A stretch of 64,000 bases of DNA from Candidatus Latescibacterota bacterium. GTDB lineage: Bacteria; Latescibacterota; UBA2968; UBA8231. Under the pieces are notes generated by a model. That model was not told where the DNA came from. It saw only the letters and a program-made list of their open reading frames with translations, and ran no database searches. The position numbers and the translations under genes are program-made. Location: positions 5,152,001 through 5,216,000 of the forward strand of contig CBDETY010000003.1 of NCBI GenBank assembly GCA_965243025.1, given 5' to 3'. Below, one piece after another: positions 20,323-29,671 of the stretch (positions are counted from its first letter, which is position 1; each line of letters starts with the position of its first letter).

Positions 20323-22359
20323 ATGAACGGACGGAGCAGGCCCGTATCCGGGCCGGAATTCGAGGTGAAGCTCGACCGCGCGCGCATGCCGATGAGCGAC
20401 GGAGTCGAGCTGGCGGCGGTGGTCGCGCGTCCCGATGCGCCCGGAGAGTTCCCGGCCATCGTGGAGTATCACCCCTACCGCCGGCTGAGCCGCATAGAAG
20501 CCGGCGATTCGGAGAGCGGCTACGACCACCGCCGTCACGGTCCCGCCTGGTTCGCCCGCCGCGGCTACGCCGTGGTCTGTTACGACGTCCGCGGCACCGG
20601 CAACTCGGGGGGCTCGAGCACCGACATCTACTCGGAGCGGGAACGGCGGGACGGGTACGAAGCGGTGGAATGGATTGCCGCCCGGCCCTGGTGCAGCGGC
20701 GCCGTGGGCATGTGGGGGATGTCGTACGGCGGCGTCGTGCAGTGGCAGGTGGCGGCGCAGAGGCCGCCTCACCTGAGGACCCTGGTGATGGGATCCTCCA
20801 ACACCGACGTCTACCTCGACTGGATCCACCCCGGCGGCTCGATCCGCCCCTACATGTTCGACAGCTACTCGCCGCTGATGACGGCCTACAACTTCGCTCC
20901 CCCCGACGCCGAGATCGCCGGGCCGCTGTGGGAGGAGCTGTGGCAGGAGCGCCTGGAGAACAACGTCCCCTGGGGAATAGGCTACATCACCCATCCGCTG
21001 CAGGGGCCCTATTGGGAGGAGCGTTCCCTGCAGCCGGACTACGGCCGCGTCGAGGTCCCGGTGCTGTTCTGGTGCGGCTGGGCCGATCCCTACCCCACCC
21101 CGATCCTGCGGGCCTTCTCCGAGCTCGACGTCCCCAAAAAGATCCTGTTGGGTCCGTGGGGCCACTACTGGCCCGAGGACGCGCTGCCCGGTCCCCGGAT
21201 AGACTTCAGGCACGAAATGCTCAAGTGGTACGACCGCTGGCTGAAGGGGGAGGAAACCGGGGTGATGGACGAGCCGCCGGTCTCCCTTTTCGTGCGTAAG
21301 TACAAGGAGCCGGCGGCGCACATGTACCTCGAGGACGCCGGGTTCTGGAGATCGGAGGAGGAGTGGCCGCCGGCGCGAAACCGGGAAACCCCCTTCTACT
21401 TGCAGCCTGGCGGAGAGCTTGGCCGCGAGGTGCCGGGCTGCGACAGTTCCGGCAGCGAGCACGTCTACAACCCGGCGGTCGGAATCACCGCCGGCATCTA
21501 CTGGGGCGGCGGGATCATGCCCTGGGCCATGCCGGTCGACCAGCGGCTCGACGAGGCCCTGTCGCTGACCTGGACCACTCCGCCGCTGGAGGAGGATCTC
21601 GAGGTCACCGGAAATCCGGTGGCGGTGCTGCACGTCAGCTCCAGCGCGGAGACCGCCTACTTCCACGTCAAGCTGACCGACGTAGCCCCGGACGGCACCT
21701 CGAAGTGGCTGACCGACGGGGGCCTGCTCGGGACCCACCGCAACTCGCATTCCAACCCCGAGCCCATGGAACCCGGGGAGGTCTACGAGCTGCGCATCGA
21801 CATGAAGTACGTCTCCTACCTGTTCGAGAAGGGCCACCGCATCCGCGTGAGCGTTGCCAGCGCGGATTTCCAGAACGCCTGGCCCACCCCGCTCCCGGCG
21901 GTCAACAGCGTGTACTGCGGCCGGGACTGCCCGTCCCGTGCAGTGCTGCCGCTGACCCCGGCGCGGACTCCGTCCCTGCCGGAGCCGCAGTTCGAGCCTT
22001 CGCCGCATTCCCCGGCGACGGTGGAGGACCTGCCTCCCAACCGGCACGAGATCACCCATGACCACGTCGCCGGCACCGTGACCGCCACCCTGGAAAGGGA
22101 CGGGACCGGACGCGCGGTCCCCGGGCGGGCGTGGTCGACGTACACGGTGGCGCCGAACAATCCGGCGGAAACCGTGCTGAAGGCCGGGTATGTGTACGGG
22201 CCGCCGCACCCGGACAAGAGGATCGTCGTCGAGGCGAAGGAGGTCCTGAGAAGCGACGCGGAGTCCTACCATTTCTCGACCACGGTGGAAGTGGCAGTCG
22301 ACGACGACCGCTGTTTCGACAAGACCTGGAACGTCACCGTGCCCCGGGAGCTGGGCTGA
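20323..22359 (+). CDS. CocE/NonD (Xaa-Pro dipeptidyl-peptidase-like) hydrolase
   Basis: DVRGTGNSGG, GMWGMSYGG nucleophile elbow, GWAD, GPWGH. Confidence 0.9.
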   Translation: MNGRSRPVSGPEFEVKLDRARMPMSDGVELAAVVARPDAPGEFPAIVEYHPYRRLSRIEAGDSESGYDHRRHGPAWFARRGYAVVCYDVRGTGNSGGSSTDIYSERERRDGYEAVEWIAARPWCSGAVGMWGMSYGGVVQWQVAAQRPPHLRTLVMGSSNTDVYLDWIHPGGSIRPYMFDSYSPLMTAYNFAPPDAEIAGPLWEELWQERLENNVPWGIGYITHPLQGPYWEERSLQPDYGRVEVPVLFWCGWADPYPTPILRAFSELDVPKKILLGPWGHYWPEDALPGPRIDFRHEMLKWYDRWLKGEETGVMDEPPVSLFVRKYKEPAAHMYLEDAGFWRSEEEWPPARNRETPFYLQPGGELGREVPGCDSSGSEHVYNPAVGITAGIYWGGGIMPWAMPVDQRLDEALSLTWTTPPLEEDLEVTGNPVAVLHVSSSAETAYFHVKLTDVAPDGTSKWLTDGGLLGTHRNSHSNPEPMEPGEVYELRIDMKYVSYLFEKGHRIRVSVASADFQNAWPTPLPAVNSVYCGRDCPSRAVLPLTPARTPSLPEPQFEPSPHSPATVEDLPPNRHEITHDHVAGTVTATLERDGTGRAVPGRAWSTYTVAPNNPAETVLKAGYVYGPPHPDKRIVVEAKEVLRSDAESYHFSTTVEVAVDDDRCFDKTWNVTVPRELG

Positions 22360-22499
22360 GGGGCAGCATGCCCCAGGTTCCTCGGTACCCCGCCAGACAT
22401 GCAGACGCGCGATGCCTCTGCGCGAGGCGGGGCACCGGTGGCATTGCTCGCATAGCGACCCGGGAGAGGACGCGCCTGTTGCTCGGCCGCTCCTGCCGC

Positions 22500-23492
22500 C
22501 TATGCGACTGTTCGACATCGCAGGCGCCGGTCGTCCACGTCCCCCGCCGCCTCAACCATCACCTCGAGCGCCTCCCGGGAGCTCGCCTCGTTTGCATCGG
22601 GCTTCTGTTTCAGTCCCCACGACGAACCCATGACCCTGTCGCAGAAGGCGCCCGCGAAAATCCGCTCCTCGTTTTCCCCCAGCAGATCGCTGAAAACCGT
22701 TACGGCTTCGAGCAGAATCTCCCGCTTTTCCGCAGCGGTATCTCCGAACCCCATCGCGTTGTTGATGAACCGGCCGGCGTCCAGGCAGGCGGCGCCGACG
22801 ACGCCCTTGGGATCGATCGCCTTCCAGCCCCGGGCGGCGTCGGACAGGATGTTCCAGTGATGGAGGTCTCCGTGCAGCAGCATCTGAGGTTCATCCCGTT
22901 CCATCAGGATGCCCATCATGGACTCTACGCGCGGAATCTGCTCCATACAGCTGCGTGCTCTTTCGGCATCCTCGCAGCTTCGGGCGTCCGCGAAAGCGCT
23001 TCGCATCCAGTCCATGAAGTGAGGCAGTGCGTGGTTCGCCGGCAGGGGGGTGGCGTGCAGGTCCTGAAGGATTCGCGCGGCGATCTCGATTCGCTCACGG
23101 CTGTTCCCGACAGAGTCGAGCGTTCTGCCGGGGCGCAGCCGTTCGAGCAGCATGGCGTTGAGCTCTTTGTCGCTGTCGATGAGCCGGTTGATTCCGCGGC
23201 CCTGATAAATCGCCAGCGCTTCCATCTCCGCGCTGAAATCGCCGTGCGGGACCCCCACCTTGAGCACGGCTTCTTCTCCACTGTCCCTCTCGACGCAGGC
23301 GATATAGTTGGCCTTGATGTCTCCGGCCGGCTGGCCGAGTGTCAGGCCCCACTTGTCGCGGCACCGCCTGAGAATGGACGGGAGTTCCTCGAGCCAGGTC
23401 TCCCCTTTACTGCCGAATTCCCCGGTGGCGTAACGCAGGAATCGCTCGGGAAATGGCGGTGAGTGGATGGAATCAGGGATTTTCCTGCTCAA
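22500..23492 (-). CDS. APH(6)/hydroxyurea-type aminoglycoside phosphotransferase family kinase
   Basis: AVLKV, LLLER-like motif, LLHGDLHHWNIL, AIDPKG. Confidence 0.8.
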   Translation of the reverse strand: MSRKIPDSIHSPPFPERFLRYATGEFGSKGETWLEELPSILRRCRDKWGLTLGQPAGDIKANYIACVERDSGEEAVLKVGVPHGDFSAEMEALAIYQGRGINRLIDSDKELNAMLLERLRPGRTLDSVGNSRERIEIAARILQDLHATPLPANHALPHFMDWMRSAFADARSCEDAERARSCMEQIPRVESMMGILMERDEPQMLLHGDLHHWNILSDAARGWKAIDPKGVVGAACLDAGRFINNAMGFGDTAAEKREILLEAVTVFSDLLGENEERIFAGAFCDRVMGSSWGLKQKPDANEASSREALEVMVEAAGDVDDRRLRCRTVA

Positions 23493-23683
23493 GGGGGTTA
23501 TCCGCTTGCCTGCAAATCAAATCGGGAACTTTCTTGCCTCGAAAACGTAAACTGGACCAGCTCGATGTGGACACCCCGGCTGCCCGGTTTTTGTGGGGTG
23601 TGGATTACCGCCGCGGGCAGCGGTTGAATTGCGAATGGATGTCAATTACGGCTTTGCGGGAAGGAGGAATCAGAAAAGCTCCG

Positions 23684-24586
23684 ATGAACAGAATCCTGAT
23701 CATCATGGCCATGGTGGCCATGGCAGAAGCGCACACCGGAACCCGCCTCTACCCCTTCTACCAGTTGACGGATGAGATGCTGGAGGAGATCGACCTGCAC
23801 GATGGGTCGATAGACGAATGGTACGAGGTTGGCGAACCGAGCATGGCCTTACTGGACTTCGAAGCCTGGGGAGGAGGCCTCCCCCACGATCCCTCCAACC
23901 TCGACTTCCGCGTCTGGCTTGCCTGGCACGACGAACCAGACCGGGTTTATGCAGCTTTCATCATCGCCGACGACATTTTCCGAAACCACAACTATACCGA
24001 AGGTTCCTGGCTGTTTGCTTATGACAGCATTGTTTTCCAGATCGACGCCGATCACCGGGGAGGACAGGGAGAAGGCCAGTGGTACTCTCCTACCAGGGAG
24101 CAGTTGATGGAAGTGCACGGGGACGCACAGAGGTACTCGGCGGTGGCTCGAACAGCAAGCGGGCCAGTCCTGGACGACGGGACCTGGTGGGAATATGGGG
24201 GAGAAGTACCAAAGTCCTGGAGGGTTTACCCTCCTTACGGAGATGCAGGAGGGATGGCGGCAGGAGAGAATCCCACCATAAGCGTAATCGAGCTGTATGT
24301 CACGCCGTATGACGAGTGGGGAGACGATGTGGAGGAAACCAGATTCAGCGACCTGTCTGCACACCAGGTTGTCGGTTTTTCTGTTGAAGTAATTGAGCAG
24401 GAAGAGGACCCATCTGAATGTGGATGCAGTGGGTTTTCCTGGTATCCGGCAGAAATGGAAGGCCAGGCCTGGCTCGATCTTTTGGACAGTAAGGCGGATC
24501 TCTATGTCGATGGGCTGTTACTTTCCGCTCCGGATACAGCCGTAGAATCCGTAACCTGGGGAAGGATCAAGGCGTCCCTGGAGTAG
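23684..24586 (+). CDS. Secreted DOMON/CBM9-like protein, distant WGxIK-tail paralog 5
   Basis: AEA-HTGTRLYPFYQLTDEML, DPSNLDFRVW, IDADHRGG, ELYVTPYD; ends TAVESVTWGRIKASLE. Confidence 0.7.
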   Translation: MNRILIIMAMVAMAEAHTGTRLYPFYQLTDEMLEEIDLHDGSIDEWYEVGEPSMALLDFEAWGGGLPHDPSNLDFRVWLAWHDEPDRVYAAFIIADDIFRNHNYTEGSWLFAYDSIVFQIDADHRGGQGEGQWYSPTREQLMEVHGDAQRYSAVARTASGPVLDDGTWWEYGGEVPKSWRVYPPYGDAGGMAAGENPTISVIELYVTPYDEWGDDVEETRFSDLSAHQVVGFSVEVIEQEEDPSECGCSGFSWYPAEMEGQAWLDLLDSKADLYVDGLLLSAPDTAVESVTWGRIKASLE

Positions 24587-24650
24587 ATGGGCTCCTGCAA
24601 GTTCCGAGGCCGGCAAAAAACAACCGCGCTGCCCACGAAACTGAAATAGC

Positions 24651-25784
24651 ATGTTCGTCCTGATTTTCCTGGCGCTGCTCGGCTCGATCTACGGGTATGC
24701 GGGCTGGCGGCTCATCCCCTATCTCCCTCCCTCCTCGCATATCGGTGCCTCACTGGCTCTGGTATTTCTGCTGTTTGCCCCGTTGTTGCTCTTTCGCCTG
24801 CGGTCCCGTCCGCACCTGGCCTGGCTGACGGACCCCCTCGCCTGGGTGGCCTACCTCGGCATGGGCTTCTTCACCGTCTGCTCGACCCTGCTGGTACTGC
24901 GCGATGCCGGGGGCCTGCTCCTGGGACTGGCCTACCCTGTCGACGCCGCGCTCAACGCCGGGATCGACGCGGCGACCTTCCTCCTGGCGGCCGCCGCAGG
25001 AGGTTATGGCTTCTACCAGGCCCGCCGTACGCCAGCAGTAAGCCGGGTCGAAATCCCTGTTGAAAATCTCCCCGATGCGCTGGTCGGGCTGCGCATCGTC
25101 CAGATCAGCGACCTCCACGTCGGCCCGACCATCAAGGGCCCCTTCGTGGAGCGCGTTGTCGCCCGGGTCAACGAGCTGCACCCAGACCTGATCGCGTTCA
25201 CCGGGGACCTCGCCGACGGGACTGTCGAACGGCTCGGCCCCCATACGGCGGCTCTGGGCGAGCTCACCGCTCCGCTCGGGGTGTATTTCTGCACGGGCAA
25301 CCACGAGTACTATTCGGGCGTGGAGAGCTGGGCCGGGGAGGCGCGCCGCCTCGGCTTCGACGTCCTGATCAACGAGGGGCGCCAGATCGACTTCGGCGGC
25401 GGGCGCATCGCCCTGGCGGGAACGACCGACTTCAGCGCCGGCGAGATGGTCCCCGGCCATGAATCCGACCCGGCCAGGGCACTGGCTGCCAGCGACGGCG
25501 CCGATGTGCGCATCCTGCTCGCGCACCAGCCGCGCAGCATAGAGGCGGCCAGCCGCGCCGGTTGCCACCTGCAGCTGTCGGGCCACACCCACGGCGGCCA
25601 GTTCGTTCCGTGGAAGTACGCCATTCCCCTGCAACAGCCCTTCGTCGCCGGCCTGCACAAGGTTCGCGACACCTGGATCTACGTGCACCGGGGCACCGGC
25701 TACTGGGGTCCCCCGCTGCGGCTAGGTGTCCCTTCCGAAATCGCGCTGCTCACCCTGACCCGGGAGAGCCGTACGGCAGACTGA
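24651..25784 (+). CDS. Membrane-anchored metallophosphoesterase (YkuE/YaeI-like)
   Basis: N-terminal TM helices; SDLH, TGDLAD, GNHE, AHQP, SGHTHGGQ. Confidence 0.88.
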   Translation: MFVLIFLALLGSIYGYAGWRLIPYLPPSSHIGASLALVFLLFAPLLLFRLRSRPHLAWLTDPLAWVAYLGMGFFTVCSTLLVLRDAGGLLLGLAYPVDAALNAGIDAATFLLAAAAGGYGFYQARRTPAVSRVEIPVENLPDALVGLRIVQISDLHVGPTIKGPFVERVVARVNELHPDLIAFTGDLADGTVERLGPHTAALGELTAPLGVYFCTGNHEYYSGVESWAGEARRLGFDVLINEGRQIDFGGGRIALAGTTDFSAGEMVPGHESDPARALAASDGADVRILLAHQPRSIEAASRAGCHLQLSGHTHGGQFVPWKYAIPLQQPFVAGLHKVRDTWIYVHRGTGYWGPPLRLGVPSEIALLTLTRESRTAD

Positions 25785-25927
25785 ATTGACGCGGGGGACG
25801 GCGAGTTGGGTAGCGGGTCTTCCCGGTGCTGGTTGCCTGTGAAAACAAGGACGTGCGGGGAATCCGGCGAAAGCAGCGGCAGCCAGATGTCGCGCCAGGG
25901 CCGGGGCCTGGGCAGTTTCCCAAACAG

Positions 25928-26728
25928 CTAGCTGAGCCGCACCACGTCCTGTTTGACGATCTCCTTGACGTGGGTGTAGTGGGCATGTGCGATCAGTTCC
26001 CTGACCTCTGGGGAGAGGCGTTGCTGGATTTCATCGGGAATTGAAGGCTGCCCCTTGTACTGCGGCCGGTAGCGCAATACCAGGGTGCGGCGCTGGCGGT
26101 CCCGGGGCTTCCACTGCAAGGTCCCGTGGGCCAGCATTTCCGTCATAACCACCGCGTCCCCGGCCCGCGGGGTCACGTTGACCACACCGGGCGGCAGCTC
26201 CTCCCGATCTGCCATGACCCCTCCGTTGAACAGGTCGGGCGGCCGTTGGAAAGCCGCCTTGTGGGAACCGGGCACCACCAGCAGGCCCCCGTCGCCGGGG
26301 AAGACGTCGTCGAAACAGGGGAAGATGACGAAGTCGTCGCAGAAGATCCGCCCTTCCCGGGTGTCGTAGCGCGTGCTTTGCCAGCCGAAATCCTCGCGGG
26401 CGCAGTGCAGGCGCAAGGGCTTCTGCCGGTGGCTGTCCACCAGCAGCGTCCCCATGGAAAATGCCGGGCGGTCGTGAGTAAATTCCCTGACGATGGGCCA
26501 CAGGCCCGGATGCACGGTCAGGGCTTCGAGGGCCTTGTCGAAGGCAAAGCCGTGGGCGTAGGACTTGCCGTTTTCCGAACGCGAAAAGCCCGGCGGCAGC
26601 TTCTCGTCGGGCGTGGCCACATAGCGGTCCACTGCCGCCCGGGCCGCGGCCAGTTCGCCGGCGCTGAGGACGTCGGGCAGATGCAGATAACCGTTGATAT
26701 CGAACAGATAGCGCTGCTCGGGGGTCAT
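25928..26728 (-). CDS. PhyH-family Fe(II)/2-oxoglutarate oxygenase with non-canonical H-C-A motif
   Basis: YLFDINGYL, LHCA, DGGLLVVPGSHK, AGDAVV...AHGT, RR. Confidence 0.8.
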   Translation of the reverse strand: MTPEQRYLFDINGYLHLPDVLSAGELAAARAAVDRYVATPDEKLPPGFSRSENGKSYAHGFAFDKALEALTVHPGLWPIVREFTHDRPAFSMGTLLVDSHRQKPLRLHCAREDFGWQSTRYDTREGRIFCDDFVIFPCFDDVFPGDGGLLVVPGSHKAAFQRPPDLFNGGVMADREELPPGVVNVTPRAGDAVVMTEMLAHGTLQWKPRDRQRRTLVLRYRPQYKGQPSIPDEIQQRLSPEVRELIAHAHYTHVKEIVKQDVVRLS

Positions 26729-26744
26729 GGACCGGGCCTGGATT

Positions 26745-27542
26745 TCACGGGGAAACCTTCTGCTTCCCGGCAAGGCTTTCGTACGGGCCGCTAATTCCCT
26801 GGTCCCCGGAGACGCCTGTTTCTCCCGTCCAGTGGCGCAGGGCGGCGCCCAGCCCAACCCGGTGCACGGCCGCCCGTTTCTCCAGCGGCCATTCCGTCGG
26901 CGTTTCGAAGATACAGGCGCGGGGGGCGTGCCGGTTCAGCACATGGGGCGCAAACCCCACCAGTCCCCAGGACGGGGAGATCTCGTACACCCCCGGGGAA
27001 ACCGGCTCGCTGTCCTCGCCGCTGTCCGGATCGATGGAAGCCTGCTCCGCCACTTCGGCAATGACCGCTTGCCCGACGGCCGGGCCCTGGCGCAGGCCCT
27101 CGTACATGTAAAAGCCGTCCGCCTCCCAGTCTTCGTGGCAATCGACGAAAGCGTCCAGCCGACACCCCTCCAGCACCTTTTTGACAAGCTCCACCTCGGG
27201 CACGCCGCCGCTCTCGAACGAGCGGTTGATATCCGCCCCGGCCCCGTTTTCGCGGGTGCCGCGCACGTACCCCACGGGGTTGACGCAGGGCAGAGCGGTG
27301 AACTCCACCTGTGCGAGCCAGGGTTCCGCGTCCTCTTCGAAAAAGCGCAGGACCGCCTCCACTGCGGCCGGCTCGTCGCCGTGAACACCGCCGGTCAGCA
27401 GGACCCGCAGCCGCCGGGGCAGGCCCGCACGGATGCAGAAAACCGGGTGGCCCTCGACCACCCCGATGGTCTCCACCTTCCGGCCCTGGTCCGCCAGAGC
27501 TTCCACCCGCCGCGCGACAGGACCGTAGGACCGCTCCGGCAT
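26745..27542 (-). CDS. M14-family zinc carboxypeptidase / succinylglutamate desuccinylase-like
   Basis: GVHGDEPA, NP.G, DINR, DCHED, FETP. Confidence 0.82.
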   Translation of the reverse strand: MPERSYGPVARRVEALADQGRKVETIGVVEGHPVFCIRAGLPRRLRVLLTGGVHGDEPAAVEAVLRFFEEDAEPWLAQVEFTALPCVNPVGYVRGTRENGAGADINRSFESGGVPEVELVKKVLEGCRLDAFVDCHEDWEADGFYMYEGLRQGPAVGQAVIAEVAEQASIDPDSGEDSEPVSPGVYEISPSWGLVGFAPHVLNRHAPRACIFETPTEWPLEKRAAVHRVGLGAALRHWTGETGVSGDQGISGPYESLAGKQKVSP

Positions 27543-27671
27543 TTACCGCTCTTCTTTCTTCGCCGCCTGGGCAATGGCCGTCGGGTCGACGGAAACGGGA
27601 AGGGGCAGGCGGCGCATCTCCTTGCTGAAGCGCGCCTCGGTGATCAGGGCCACCCTGTCTCGCAGACGCAT
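27543..27671 (-). pseudogene. Deletion scar: SDR N-terminus fused to an unrelated C-terminus
   Basis: 42-aa ORF MRLRDRVALIT|EARFSKEMRRLPLPVSVDPTAIAQAAKKEER; SDR start cut just before the TGxxxGxG motif. Confidence 0.5.
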
Positions 27672-27681
27672 GGAATGGCTT

Positions 27682-28005
27682 CTATTCGTCGGCCTTGAAG
27701 TCACCGAAGGAAAAGGCCATTTCCATCTCTTCGACGATGGTCTTGCCGTCCTCCCCGGTGACCATCATCGTCGCCATGTAATCCAGCCATTCCTGGGCCC
27801 TGCCCCCGGCGTGACTCTGTTCGAAATGCTCCTGTGACGGGGCGGTGGCATAGAGGAAGAGGCGGTCTCCGTACCGGTAGATCACCATGTTCACTCCCAC
27901 GGCCGCCATCGCCTCTGCCAGCTCGGGCCAGAGTTCATCGTGGGCTTTCTTGTACTGGTCGTAAAAGCCGGGTTTCAGCTGGTAGGTCTGTCCTGTCGAA
28001 TACAT
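27682..28005 (-). CDS. L-rhamnose mutarotase family protein
   Basis: LKPG...YKKAHDELWPE; W..YMA..M. Confidence 0.8.
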   Translation of the reverse strand: MYSTGQTYQLKPGFYDQYKKAHDELWPELAEAMAAVGVNMVIYRYGDRLFLYATAPSQEHFEQSHAGGRAQEWLDYMATMMVTGEDGKTIVEEMEMAFSFGDFKADE

Positions 28006-28130
28006 TCTCTGCTCCTTGCGATTCGGGTCCTGAAGGACCGGTTAACTGCGTTGGGTTGTGGGGCGCCGGACCATACTGCTCCTGCGGGCTGGATGCCGGC
28101 GCTCGGGACGACTGCGCCCCACAAGACCCA

Positions 28131-29216
28131 CTATCGCAACCACCAATGCAGCACGTTGGTCATGTGCTCCTCGTAGGCGTGAGAGGCTTGTATGAGCAAT
28201 CGTTCAGGCTCGCCTGTGTCCGGGTTTCTGACGATCAGGTTGTTGGAGTAGGCGCCTGCGCCCGCTTCGCCCATGCGCAGGTAACGGCCGGCGTCCCAAT
28301 TCACCCCATCCCGTGAGGTATAGAGGACGAAGTTGTTTCTCCCCTCACCCTTGTTGCCGCTGCGGCCATGGAGGACGAAGCCCTCCTTGAACGCCGTCAT
28401 CTGGGGGTTGCGAATCTTTTTGGCCATGAAGGCCGTTTTCACGGGGCTCCAGGTGCAACCGCCGTCGTCGCTGGTCGCGTAGTCGAGATGCTTTTCGTCA
28501 TTGATGTTGTAGACATAAGCGATCAACCGGCCGTCGGGCAGGGTTGCCATGGTCCCGTAGCCGCGTCCCTCAACGTCGAAGGGAAGGACGCTGCGGCGGG
28601 AGAAGGTGAGGCCGTTGTCCTGGCTGGCGTGAAGGGCGTAATGGTGTTCCGGCAGGTTGCCGTACCAATGGAGGGCGCTGTCGTTGCACAGCTCCAGGAC
28701 TAGGATGGAGCCGTCGTGAATGACTGCATCCCAGATGCGCGCAGGCTCATCGCCGACGGGTCCTGGCGGTTCCCAGGTGAAGCCGCAATCGGTGCTGCGC
28801 AGGCAGGTCGGAACCCCGAGTGGCTGCCATCCCTTGCCGCGGCACTCCAGGTTGAACAGGAGAATCGCTCCATGGTCGGTACGAAGCGCCTTCTCGCACA
28901 TGATCGAGTGCCCGATCCCCTGGTCGCAGGTCTGCCTCGAGTATTCAAGGACGGCCGGCTCGCTCCAGGTACGTCCGCCGTCCTCGGAGCGCTTGAGCTC
29001 CATCCAGCCGTCCCCGCTGTGGCCCTGCTGGAAATCGGAGCAGTTGGCGTAGAATGCCAGGATTCTGCCCGGCGCGTACTCGACCAGGGCATGTCCCAGG
29101 TGACCGCTGCGGCCGGCCCTGGCATGGTCGACGAACATGATCCCCCGGTTGGGCGGGTCAGGCGGCTCAACGGCAAACCAGTCCAGGCGCCGAGCCCCTC
29201 CAATCAGACCTCCCAT
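28131..29216 (-). CDS. BNR/Asp-box sialidase-like protein
   Basis: Asp boxes SEDGGRTWS, STDCGFTWE, SQDNGLTFS, SDDGGCTWS, SRDGVNWD; start uncertain. Confidence 0.8.
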   Translation of the reverse strand: MGGLIGGARRLDWFAVEPPDPPNRGIMFVDHARAGRSGHLGHALVEYAPGRILAFYANCSDFQQGHSGDGWMELKRSEDGGRTWSEPAVLEYSRQTCDQGIGHSIMCEKALRTDHGAILLFNLECRGKGWQPLGVPTCLRSTDCGFTWEPPGPVGDEPARIWDAVIHDGSILVLELCNDSALHWYGNLPEHHYALHASQDNGLTFSRRSVLPFDVEGRGYGTMATLPDGRLIAYVYNINDEKHLDYATSDDGGCTWSPVKTAFMAKKIRNPQMTAFKEGFVLHGRSGNKGEGRNNFVLYTSRDGVNWDAGRYLRMGEAGAGAYSNNLIVRNPDTGEPERLLIQASHAYEEHMTNVLHWWLR

Positions 29217-29314
29217 CGCCGCAGACCCGGAACGTGGCCAAAGTGTTCGTCGAAGGTAACCAGCTCGTCGCCGTGCCACAGGGCACTCAGGGCGTTGGTG
29301 TCGAGCAGGACCAT
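29204..29314 (-). pseudogene. Internally deleted VapC/PIN toxin
   Basis: 36-aa ORF MVLLDTNALSALWHGDE|LVTFDEHFGHVPGL joins PIN N- and C-terminal motifs; coupled to the antitoxin stop. Confidence 0.75.
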
Positions 29315-29553
29315 CACTGCCATTCCCGGGGGTCCACATCCCGCCTGGTCAGGGCGTCGAACTCGCGCTTCTCCTTCTCGCTCCAGACGCCCAGATGGTC
29401 TTCGAAATGGACCCGGTTGCTCTTCGGACTGAGTCCCAACGCCTCCCGCAGCACGCGAGTCACGGTGGGGTTCAGGCTGACTCCTTCACTCGCTGCCAAT
29501 TTCCGAACGCGACGGTCCAGAGCCTCGTCCATGTGAATGGTGAGAGATTTCAT
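29314..29553 (-). CDS. Ribbon-helix-helix antitoxin (FitA/VapB-like)
   Basis: MKSLTIH..DEALDRRV...A..EG.SLN; GVWSEKE..EFD. Confidence 0.75.
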   Translation of the reverse strand: MKSLTIHMDEALDRRVRKLAASEGVSLNPTVTRVLREALGLSPKSNRVHFEDHLGVWSEKEKREFDALTRRDVDPREWQ

Positions 29554-29671
29554 TGTGGGCGACTCAGAATTTAGAGTAAACAATGAATCATGATATACCT
29601 CATCCAGGTGCATGCACAGTGGCCGTTCACCTTGTGCCGAAGCCATCGGCATGAACTGCAGCTTCACCAGA

